Source of the DNA: Nageia nagi
Taxonomy: Eukaryota; Plantae; Pinophyta
Assembly (NCBI GenBank): GCA_050084985.1
Contig: JBITNC010000001.1
Location: forward strand, 189,906,001-189,970,000
DNA: 64,000 nucleotides
Direction: 5' to 3'
In this document: positions 14,140 to 25,300 of the stretch, piece by piece
Layout of the letters: each line of letters opens with the position of its first letter
Position numbering within the stretch: the stretch's first letter is position 1
Notes under the pieces: generated by a model
Database searches by the model: none
What the model saw: only the letters and a program-made list of their open reading frames with translations
What the model was told of the DNA's origin: nothing
Translations under genes and position numbers: made by a program

Positions 14140-14820
14140 TGTAGACCCTAAATAATGTGATGGTGTAATTACTTAGGTGAATTAACACATGCACTATTTG
14201 GTCTATTAGTTAGTTGACATAAAGCAATAATATGATAATATATGATTAAGCATACAAGTTCATTTCATTAATATGCATATTCAATTGATAAAGGAAAGGC
14301 ATACATTAAGAACAAGCAATATCATATACACTATTACAGAATCAATTCCCTAGTAATAGTATTCCTTCAGCATCATGTTAATGATCAAATTAAAGATACA
14401 ATGAAATATGAAATAATAATCAAATGAATGATTTATCAATATAAAAAAAGTATGATAATTCTTGAGATAAGAGATTTGCTTATTACAGATAAGAAGACCT
14501 TGCAATGGTTTTCTTTTCAAATGATGTCAAGACCTTGATTCTCTATCTAATATTAAATTGATAGAAGCCTTAGGTATTTTGTAATCTACCCCTTGTCTAG
14601 TCTCCTCCTGATGATAATTCCATCCCCCATCTTTGTATGTATTTAATGCCTTTATATAGGGACACTACTATTATAGGATTTGACCTCTTGTATAATCCAT
14701 AAGGGTTGAATATATGGCCTACACTCTTTTATACATTTTAAATCCCTTTTTAAATAATACATTGTTAAAGGATTAAAATGATTTATTAAATACATAAAGG
14801 TTCATTTTTTAGGCATATAA
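14140..14820 (-). repeat. 5' LTR of the PMD element
   Basis: Direct repeat of 6090-6770, preceded by PBS atgtcaggttcacca. Confidence 0.92.
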
Positions 14821-15631
14821 GTTTGTGTTAGTAGTTTGTAGGTTAGTGACTTTGTAGTTTGCAAGTTAGTAACTTTATAATTTATAGGTTAGTAACTTTA
14901 TTTTTTTAGTTTGTTAGTATCTTATTAGTAACACAAGATCCATAAAATATCAATAAGTAATTAATACAAACTATCTTAAGAAAAATATAACTCTATAGGA
15001 TGAGCCATCTCTATGGCCATAAACTCATTTGGTTGAGTTGTATGATGATTCTGAAGAAGTCTCATAGTATGGTTTATTTTCTCTACAATTATTCAACATT
15101 TCTTTAACTTGAATTCTTCTCTCTTCTTTTCCATATTCCAAATTTGATATTACATTTTTTTAGATCACCTTCATTCTTGCAATAGGGTGCTTTATTTTCC
15201 AATGCTTAGAATACATTATTAGATGATCTTATTTGCAATCATGAAGACAAGGTTAGTAAAAAAGTATCAACATCTTTCTCAAAAATAATTAATACCTTAA
15301 GATAAAATTCCCCCTTAATTTTGAGTAAGAAAAAAATTAACCTCTCTTAAATCTCCATTTTAGAAAAAATACCTCTTAGAAAAATTTGCACCTTTAAAAA
15401 TTTAACTCCCCCCTTTTAAAAAACAAATTGCAAAGAAATTTTCCCCATTTTAAAAATAATTCACACAAAGAAAAAAATTAAACTCCCCCTTATTTTAAAA
15501 TTCCCCTTTTAAAAAAAAAGCTTAGAAATTTCCCTTTCAAAGAATCAACCCCTTTTTAGAAAAATAACTCCCCGAAAATTAGATTGTTCAAAAACATTTA
15601 ACCACTATATCCTCCTCCCCTTTGTTTATAT

Positions 15632-15635
<4 letters not shown>

Positions 15636-15666
<31 letters not shown>
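15636..15666. repeat. (TA)n microsatellite
   Basis: TA run in the Copia 5' leader. Confidence 0.95.
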
Positions 15667-15672
<6 letters not shown>

Positions 15673-16466
15673 AATCCTCATTTAATAAAAAAAATATCAT
15701 TATATACAAAATATTAAACAAATAATAAGCATGCTATTAAAAACTATTTATAATTTCTATCCACTAGACCACTTGTAGAACTGCATCTCTAATATTGCTC
15801 ACATGATGCATTTCTAATATTGCTCACATGAAAAGCTTTTTGATTTACTCATAATTCCCATCAAAATATAATGATAGCAACAGTGTCTTTAGATCAATTA
15901 ATAATCTTCAAACCATGTACCATAAGAAAAATTTACAATAGAGCTTTATATATACATCAAAAACCTTCATATTTGGAGAAGAACATGCTACATGAGGCCA
16001 CATAGAGGAGGACATGTAAAGGAGGATGCAAGGATAATGATAATGTGATGCATCAAGGAGATGTGTGGGTGACAGTGGTGGATGGTTATAGATAACAAAT
16101 ATTTATGAAGTTTTGCAATGAGTTATGAAACTAAAAAAATTGCAACTCTTTTTAACATTTCTTCACATAATACTAGCGTATAAAAAAATTGTAAAATTTT
16201 TAATAATTCAAAAAATTATAAATTTAAACTAGAACAAACTTCATGATAACACATTATTTCTATATCTTAATCAAGCTTATTAAAAAAAATTGTAAATAAC
16301 AAATAAAAAAAGGTGTTAGTATAAATTTACATAGCAATATATTGTTACATTTTAAGCTATTCTTATACAAAAAAGCTATTTTCTAACAAATAAAAGCTTA
16401 TTTATAAAAAAAATGCTAAAATTAAATTTACCATAAATAGATTATGTGTAAGAAAAAAATAGCTTA

Positions 16467-19400
16467 TAACTGATTAGGGAAAAATTATTCAAAATATACC
16501 AAATATTATAATTGATTAGCAAAATGAAGCACTGCAACAACAAACGACAAAAGAAGTTAAAAAGATGATTTTTCTCATAGAAGCAAATAAAACTCCTGGA
16601 TGGATTCTTGGATGGGTTCTTTTAGAAAAATTGGCTTTAAAAAAGAAAAATTACTAAAATAATGGAATAACACTTTCTTGACCTTAATCCCCAAGATTCA
16701 AGAGGCAAAGGAATTTAAATATTATAGACCTATTAGCCTATGCAATGTAATTTATAATATTAGTACAAAGATAATGGAAAAAAGGCTAAAACCATTAATG
16801 ACTTAGATCATATCTAGTGAGCAAGATGGATTTGTGAAAGGGAGACAAATTATTGATGGTATTATCTAGATCCATGAAGTTCTTCACTCAATACATAATA
16901 AGAAAACCCCAACCATGGTTGTGAAGTTGGACATGGAAAAAGCCTATGATAGAGTAAGTTGAATCTTTGTGGATATGGTGTTAGCTAAATTTGGTTTTGG
17001 ATAATTGTGGAGAAAATACATTAGGGAATTTATTTCCTCACATATTTTCTTAATTATTATTAATGGGGAAATGATAGGATACTTTAGCTCTCAAAGAGGT
17101 CTCAGGTAAGGAGACCCAATTTCACCCTACCTATTCATCATTATGGTTGAATATCTATGATGAATAATCAAACATTTTATGGACACTCAGGCCTTAAAAG
17201 GGGTTATTCGAACTCCAAACTATACTACCACAACACATCATCAATTTATTGATGATACTATTCTAAATGGAAAGGCAGAAAGAGGTGGAGCTATCCAATT
17301 TAATAAAGTTCTAAATATGTACAAAAAGGTCTCACATCAAAAAACAAACTTCCACAAAACTAAACTCTACCTCTTAAATTGCTTTAAAATTAGCAATAAA
17401 ATAATCATCAAATTGTGGGGATGTAAAATTGATGAATTATCAACTAGATATTTAGGTATGCCATTGTATGTTTGGAGGCTCAAATCTTAATATTGGGATA
17501 CCCTGGTCCAAAAAGTTCAAAATAAACTATCTAGGTGGAAGGAAAGACATTTTAAGTTATGTAGATAAAATTGTTCTTATTAAATCAATACTTCAAAGCA
17601 TTCCTATTTATAGCATGATGGAATTTAAACTACCTGTTACAATCAATGATAAGAATGATAAAATATGTAATAGATTTTTATAGTCAAGAGATTCAGAAAA
17701 GAGGAAAATAATTCTAGTTATTTGGAACTATGTTTGCTTGGAAAAGGAGCAGGGATGGCTGGGGCTAAGAAAAACATAGCATGTTGGAAAGCCCTTAGAG
17801 GTAATTTAGTTTGGTAGATAGCATAGAATGAGGAAAGGGAGTGGATTCACACATGTAAAGAAAAGTATATGATGGGTCAAAACTATATAATGAGAATTCA
17901 AAACCCACCTTATGGCTCCCTCTTTTGGAATGGTTTAATAGTGGCAAGATCCACCATCCAAGAGGAAACTAAATGGATCCCAGAAGATGGTAAATAGGTG
18001 TTCATGTGAGAATATGCTTGGTTGAAATATGAGCCACTCATTAATGTAAAAACTTATAAACATGGATCTTAATGGGCTTTGAAATGCTAAGGGAGCACAA
18101 TAGACAATTACTTTGAAGAAGACACTAATAGCTACAAGATTCTTAGACCATCTCAAGGAAGAGCAAACTAGCTTAAGCAACTTGAGAAGGAACTTAATGA
18201 AACTGACCTTAAGCTTAATAGAAATAAGGGAAAAGTGATGTGGAAGTTTAGGATAGATGGGAAATATAGGGTAAAAGAGGCAGTCAAAGCTTTGAGAAAT
18301 AATCCTAAAAATAGAAAGGGATTCAAAATCTAGAACAAAATCTAGAAAGCCAAAATAACACCCAGGATTACCTTTTTCTTATGGCTTATCACCAAAAAAG
18401 GATTGTTTATAGTTAATAACTTAAAAAGGAGAGGCTTCAGCATGGTCAATAGGTGTCCTTTATGCAAGAAAGAGGAAGAAAATATAGATCACATCTTCTT
18501 GCATTGTGAATACTCAAGGAATATTTGGAGCATGATGTGTAAAAAAATGAACATCCAATGGATATTACCAAAAGATGTAAAACATTGTATAGTGTAATAG
18601 TCAGCATGGGAGAAAGTGAAAGGCTATAAGAAGTATTGGACAATGTTGATTACTCATTTATGATTAAAATCTAGAAGCAGAGGAATAGGATTATTTTTGA
18701 AGGGAAAGAAAATAAAGCATGGGAAGTTTTCAAAATTATGACTCTTAGACTGTGTGAGAATTTTACAATGTACTTTGACATTAAAGAGGTGTCATAAATT
18801 TTTTAAAAAATCATTGACTAAATTGACTAAAACTTGTAAAATTAATATTGGTGCAGGAGTCAAGGCTCCAATAATTAAAAAGGCAATAAGATATGGTGAT
18901 GTGGATTTAAATCATGATAGAGGTGATGTCAATATGATGGATTGGAAAACCAATGGAAAATGTAGAATCATTAAAATAATAAGAGGGTGATCTTATGCGA
19001 CATTCCATAATGATGGCACAAGAATACTGGAATCACATCTTTCCAATGATCTAAACTCTATCAAGGTTGAATTTAACTTAGGATCTACTTCAAAGTGAAA
19101 CCAATACAAAAGGTGAAGCCATGTAATGGTAGCAACAATTAGGGTTAATTATTTTTCCTTTTTATGAATAGTTCTCAAATTCAAGGGCAACTCTTTTTAT
19201 GTTTACTTTTCAAAGATAGAAAAATTGATAACAACTTTTTTTCTATTGAAATTATCTACTATTGTATAGATAGGAAGATAAAAATTGTTCTTCCATAGTG
19301 CTTCATTTTACTTACTTATTAATATTGGACATATCAAGATTTATACTATTACTATATTATCTTCTTTATAAGGTGCTATGTAGACTCTTCTTATGGCTTT

Positions 19401-19560
19401 TATATGGAAGAGCTCCATTTTACTTTGTTTGTTTATGATAGAGGAAATTAGGTTTTGTTCCTTCTACTAATTGTAAAAGGTTTTTTGAGGCCCTTCCAAA
19501 ACTCAATTTTCTTTTTTTTTTATTAACATCAAATTTACCCCTTGGTTCTGATTAAAAAAA
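16467..19560 (+). mobile_element. 5'-truncated L1 LINE (RT, zf-RVT, 3' UTR, poly-A) in the Copia leader
   Basis: EVKKMIFLIEANKTPG, YRPISLCNVIY, KLDMEKAYDRV, GLR*GDPISPYLF, THHQFIDDTIL, RCPLCKKEEENIDHIFLHC. Poly-A at 19554-19565. Probable TSD aaaaaaa(t/a)agctta at 16453-16466 and ~19557-19570. Confidence 0.92.
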
Positions 19561-19741
19561 AAAAAGCTTAAAGGAGCTAATTTTAGCCAAAAAAAAAATT
19601 GCAAAATTAGCTAGAAATATGCAAAAATTAGTCTTCAAAATGAGAGGAAAAATGAAAAAATTATACCTCAATATGATTTTACCTCTCTCAAGTTTAAAAG
19701 AAGAGTAGAAAAAAGACTCTAGGGATAACTATGGTACCACT

Positions 19742-20273
19742 TGAAAGCTCCTACACCCAAGATCACCTTGGAGTGTTAGTCTACTTCTAAAAAAAACTTA
19801 GGAATGATCTTAATAAATCACACACATAAGTGACACAAGAAAGTATGGTAATTCCTCTCTAACAAGAGAGTACTTCACTTTAAGCTAAATTTTATTACTT
19901 TTCAAGATAAAAGACTCTAAAAGATTCTCTTACAATCCTACACTAGTATTCTCTCCTCCTATCCTTCTTCACATTAAAAGCATTACAATGATTCAAACTA
20001 GAGTTAAGAATGCATGAGTGGCAAACATTTATAGAAAAAAATCCTACATTGGCTCACCCTTTACCCAAGGGGAATGCCATTATCCAAGGGATAAGAATAG
20101 TCACATGTAGGACAAGTTTGATTATTTAATTCTCTAAATATTTAAAAAGTATGTAGGAATACTTTTAAGTATCTAGTTGATTAAATAATCAATTAAATAA
20201 AGAGTGAAGATATTATTCTTTATATACCTTCCTAAAAAATAATATTTACAATAGTTCATTACTAGTTCTAATA
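19742..20273 (-). repeat. Copia 5' LTR
   Basis: Direct repeat of 324-836, preceded by actatggtacca (degenerate reverse complement of TGGTATCAGAGC). Confidence 0.92.
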
Positions 20274-20278
20274 GTATG

Positions 20279-20387
20279 TCAATTAAATCCCAACATAGAA
20301 AGGTCAAAATAGCTATGATAGAGTGATTTGATCAAAAATGAGAAGATGCAAATGATAGGGAAAAAAGGTGATTTTGAGGTATCTACA
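20279..20387 (-). repeat. 3' LTR (part 2) of the outer Tat/Ogre-like element
   Basis: Matches 42317-42426, ends TCTACA, and is followed by aattccccctttt (PPT on minus). Confidence 0.85.
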
Positions 20388-20862
20388 AATTCCCCCTTTT
20401 GATACAAGTTTCATGAGATGCAAAACTCAACTCAAAAGTTAAATATTAATGACGATGATTATTGCTTTGATAAATGATGAATGATTGTGTTGATATTTTG
20501 ATGACAATAAATGAGGTTTTGATAATGATTGAATGATAATGATTAATTATAAATAAGATATTGATAATGATTATTAATTATTAATTATTAATTATTAATG
20601 ACTAATGATGTTTTATTAACATGAATGGTATGCATACATATGTAAACCTACCACACTCTATGGCAAAAATGGTAGGCGTTCTCAATGATATGGTCAATGC
20701 AAAGGTGACTAACTAATGGCTATACTAAATGCTTGGTACTCAAGGTGATTCATGCTCAATGATATGATCATACTACCAAAAGGAAACTTTATACCATGTG
20801 GATTGGAAGGAAAAAAAAAATAATGGTAGCAACAACCTTATTACAAGTGATAATGATGATGA

Positions 20863-21337
20863 CCTTTCCCTATATTGAATAGAAAGCAAGGTATACCAAG
20901 GATAACTTTTCCCCATGTTGAATGGAAAGAAAAGAAAAAAATAGGATTATGATGCTCAAAGTATCTTTTCCCATGCTAAATGGAAAGCAAATAAAACATA
21001 ATGATAAGAGATAAATTTGCCCCAAGTTGAATGAAAAGCAAAGGATCTTGCCCCATGCTGAATGGAAAGTAAGATGAAAAGTGATAACTTTTCCCCATGC
21101 TAAATGGAAGGGAGAGGAAAAATAATACTCAATATTTCCCCATGCTAAATGGAAATCAAGAATGATAATGGTAACTTCACCCCATGCTAAATGGAAATCA
21201 AAGAGAAAATAATAATAACTTTGCCCCATATTGAATGGAAAGCAAAAGAAAAACAATGATAAATGTTTCCTCATGTTGAATGGAAAGAAAGTAAAAAATT
21301 ACTTAAATGATAAATTTGCCTCATGTTGAATGGAAAG
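20863..21337. repeat. Tandem array of a conserved ~20-bp core (ccccatgYtRaatggaaag) with variable spacers, ~11 copies, continuing at 35637-35730
   Basis: Core copies at ~20868, 20911, 20970, 21020, 21051, 21093, 21138, 21180, 21224, 21269, 21319, then 35655 and 35704. Confidence 0.9.
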
Positions 21338-22145
21338 TGTTGATCAGTATAATGTAATCTCAAGGGTTTTTTCTAGTCATGTTCTCTATTGCTTGCAAAA
21401 GTAGGGTCCTTGAAAGAGTAGAATATGGTGGGGAATGTGCTCATGTTGGTTTTTTGCTCAATCTTTAGATTATAGGCCGGTTCTTATCTATGGTGAAGGT
21501 TAAAAGTAACTAGAAAGAGATAAAAAGGCTAAGAGTAATAGGAAAGAGATAAACACATTAAACTAACAAAGTAAATTAAGACTACATATCTTGAGAATTG
21601 CATCATAGGTAGCAATTCATAGCCAAGATTAAAAATAGTAAACTATCTTTCCCTTGGGGTCTTGCTATCACAATACATAGCCATAACTTAAGATAGCATT
21701 TCATACATAACATTCACAAAATGTAATAAACAACCACATATTGTAGAGGGAAAAGCATTATAAAATTGCATTACCACACATGAAAGCATCTTACATACTT
21801 GGAAAAAATTGCTAGAATGTTTGACCCTTTGGGAAAGATAGTTTACTATTCTTAATCTTGGCTATGGATTGCTACCTATGTTGTAATGATTGGGCTATGT
21901 ATTATTAATTTGCTTTGTTAATTTAATGTGTTTATCTCTTTCCTATTACTCTTAGCCTTTTTATCTCTTTCTAGTTACTTTTAACCTTCACTATAGATAG
22001 GAACTAACCCATTATCTAGAGATTGAGAAGAAAACCAACATAAGTGCATTCCCCACCACCTTATTCTCTTTTGAGGACCCTACTATTGTGGGAAATGGAT
22101 AACATGATTAGAAAAACCATTGAGGTTCAATTATACTGATCAATA
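21338..22145. repeat. Fold-back terminus: Y' (21338-21653), X' (21654-21830), Y (21831-22145)
   Basis: 21338-21653 is the reverse complement of 21831-22145. 21338-21830 is the reverse complement of 35146-35636. Confidence 0.92.
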
Positions 22146-22395
22146 ATAGAAAAGTCCATTTTTGGCATGCCCAATGGGACACAAGCTAAATTTCATATTT
22201 AGTGGGCATAAATAGGCAAGATAGTTGTGTCTAGTAAGCTATCACTTAGTGCTTTTAAATATCATAAGGTATTTTATTTACCTTATTAGTGACTCTACTA
22301 TCAAACAGATAGCACTTTGAACCCTAGCACCTCCAAAAAGTAGACTTACTAGAAGCAGTGCTAAAAATTCTCTTAAACAACCTATATTTCAATAT

Positions 22396-25300
22396 TTGTT
22401 AGTTCCTAATAGGAGGACTAGGAAAATGATTTCTTGGACTTTGTCTCCTCAAATCTCTTTGAAATTTGTCCCATTATCAACCATATTTAACTCTTTCTTG
22501 AAAAATCCTTCACCTGATACAACTAGTCCAAATATTGCTCAACTTACTCCTACTAATTTTCTTGCTTGGAATAATGGACATCCTTTGGTTGTCCCTACCA
22601 ATTCCTTAGCTATTCCCCAAGGAACTTTCAAAGTTTTGCATAAGTATGATGGGTCTAAAAAAATACCATATGAGCATTGTCAAAATGTTTCTCTTTTAGC
22701 TTCAAGTTTTCATATCACTAATGAAATAGTGATGACTATATTGTCATTGCATTCTTTTGAAGGCAAAGCAGCTGAATGGTTTAGAACTCTCACCCCTTAA
22801 TATATAAATAACTGGGGAGAGTTATGTAATTTTTTTATCAAAATATTTGTTGTATATGGTGATGATAGTACCTTTCTTGACCTTATAACATGTATAAAAA
22901 GACACCCTCATGAGTCTATTAATGATTTCAATATCATATTTAAGAAAATATGGAAATCTATTCTGGTTAAGATTAGACCAACAAATGCACAAGCTTTGGT
23001 ATATAATAGGAAAGCTTTTCTTCTTGATCTTAATATGCTTATTGTTATATCTGGAGATACTTTCTTAGATGTTTACCAAATGGTTAAAAACTTTGACAAT
23101 ACCTTGGTATCCTCTGGAAAGATACAACCAAAAACTATTATAGCCTTATTCCCCAATTTACCTCCTAAATAAGCTCCACAAATTGCTCATCCTAGAAAGT
23201 TAGCATTACCACCTCCTCCTCCCAAACCTATCATTCAAAATCAATTACCATCACTACCTACTCTTGTATCTACTATTAAAAGTGTTGATTCTAAGTCTTA
23301 AGAGAATAAAGGATAAATAAATTAGACTAACCATTAGAAATATTAACAATAACCTTGCTCTCCAAGAAATGTAGAATCAAGGTTTCAATTACCAAGATAT
23401 GATAATCAGTATCAACCTAGATTTTAGCCTAGGAATAAAAAACTAGAATAGCCAATTGTTCCTAAACCAATTGATAATGTGATTATGGCTAGTTCTATGG
23501 AGAGTGATATTTTAAGCATTACAGAATGGTGCCCTACATGTTCAACTCTTCACTTCCTGAACTCATGCATCATCTATCAATACCAATATTTAGGCTTGTA
23601 TTTAGATCAAATGGTGAAACTTGCATCAAATCCTACTGTTGATCTTACCATGGTTAATTTTTGTCTTCCAATTTATGCTAGAGAATAAGCCAATTGTATT
23701 TAAACTAGAGCTTCTCCTTCAATAGCCCTATAATAGCTCCAATTCACTTAGCTAAATCAATAAACCATTCTAGTGCAACCTAAACTAAAAAGAGCTAAGG
23801 CTCCTATGAGTCAACCATAGAATCAAGAAAATCAAATTCTTATACATCCAAGTCATATTTCTCAAGACCCAAGTAATATTGTCTCTATAGTAGTAAATCC
23901 TATTGCAACTAGAAAAGAAGTCCCAAAGAAAGAGAGGCCGCAACCATTGAGATATCTTTTTATCATCAATTACCATAAGGAAAACGCTACTTAGTAGTTC
24001 AGAACACATTAGCCTATAGAAGAAAGTAATTCTATCTCTTATGCTTTATATAACATTATGTAAGAACTAAATAAAACACCTTCTAAAATGATCATGTTTG
24101 ATGCATTAATGATTATGGGTCAGATGGACCATTTGCAAGAATATTTGAAAAAAATAGTAAAAAAAGGGTAAATGAGGGTAATGTTGTCTTTACAGTATCT
24201 TATGATGTCCCTTCAACTCTTATAGGTACTAAGAGACCCCCACCTTTTTATATGTCCCATAGACTAGAAGGTTGGGTAGTTAATAATTATATGATAGATA
24301 CTGGAGTTGTTATTACCATGATCCCCAAAGCTATTACAAATGAAATGAAGCTATATATTATGAGATGCATTGATGGAGTCATACAATTAGATTCTTCTTT
24401 GGTAGATTTTGTTGGTGTGTTAAAGGAGTTTCAATTACTATTAATGCATTCTTTAATATTTGTTTCATCTAATATTTTATTATTGTTGACCTTCCACCTC
24501 TATTTGGAATTTGTTTGTTTAGATAATTTACTGCCAAATTGGGAGGGTACCTAGCTTTAGATTATACACATCTTTTACTTACCTTACAAAATAAATAAGT
24601 GAATATTCTAAATGAGGGTACCAAAAGTTTTAATCTTAAGAAAATCATAGAGCAAAACTATATGAATGGTGTTGAACCTATACAATTGTTTGAAATGGAT
24701 ACACTCATAGAAACACTATTAAAAAATGAAATTCTTTCAACAAATGATATCAATTATCAAGTCATAGATATTGACATGGGAAACTATTATTTATATGAAA
24801 ATATACAACCAAATTCAATCACAGCTGAAAGAGAGCATGAGATATGGAAAATATATTTTCATGGGGCAAGATGTAAACATGGATGTGGAGTTGGTGTTGT
24901 GTTTAAATCACCAAAGGGACATATGAGAAGATTCTCATTCAAATTCATATGGATTTGTACAAATAATGCTATTAAGTATGTATCCCTCTATTTAGGGATA
25001 TCCAAAGCAATCAGTATGGATATCAGATGTCTAATTGTGCATGGTGATTCTAAACAAGTCATAAAGCAAGTTAGAAACTAGATTAGTACAAACTATCACT
25101 ATCTGAAAATGTATAGGAATAGGGTATGGTACTTACTAGAGTCATTCCTTACTATTAATTTTATCTTTATTCCTAGGAGGTACAATCAAGTTTTTGATGC
25201 ACTTGCTAGCAAAGGGGCAAGTTATAATCCTATTGATTACAAGAGAAAAAATTTTGGAGTCAAATTCCAATGTAGGCCATCAATTCTTGATGTTGTAAAC

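Larger units (their letters stand above)
6090..14820 (-). mobile_element. Non-autonomous Gypsy-type LTR element (gag plus antisense PMD gene, no pol)
   Basis: LTRs 6090-6770 and 14140-14820 (TGTAGACCC...TCTACA). Perfect TSD GTTTG (6085-6089, 14821-14825). PPT-like ttttttcctc at 6771. PBS at ~14123-14137 matching the tRNA-Trp 3' end. Confidence 0.92.
324..20273 (-). mobile_element. Full-length decayed Ty1/Copia LTR retrotransposon carrying three nested insertions
   Basis: Direct LTRs at 324-836 and 19742-20273 (TGAAAGCTCC...TTCTAACA/TA). TSD ATATG (319-323) / GTATG (20274-20278). PPT 837-845, degenerate Met-i PBS 19728-19739. Minus-strand gag-INT-RT-RNaseH order. Confidence 0.92.

Noticed and set aside
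20863-21337. CRISPR-like repeat/spacer look, and the 134-aa ORF 20870..21274
   Set aside because: Eukaryotic retroelement UTR; repeats are degenerate, spacers are related to each other and uneven, no cas genes. The ORF is just the translated repeat.
21338-22145. Independent MITE or miRNA hairpin
   Set aside because: The arms and loop are all homologous to the element's right terminus, the PBS follows directly, and the matching GAAAG lies at 35637.
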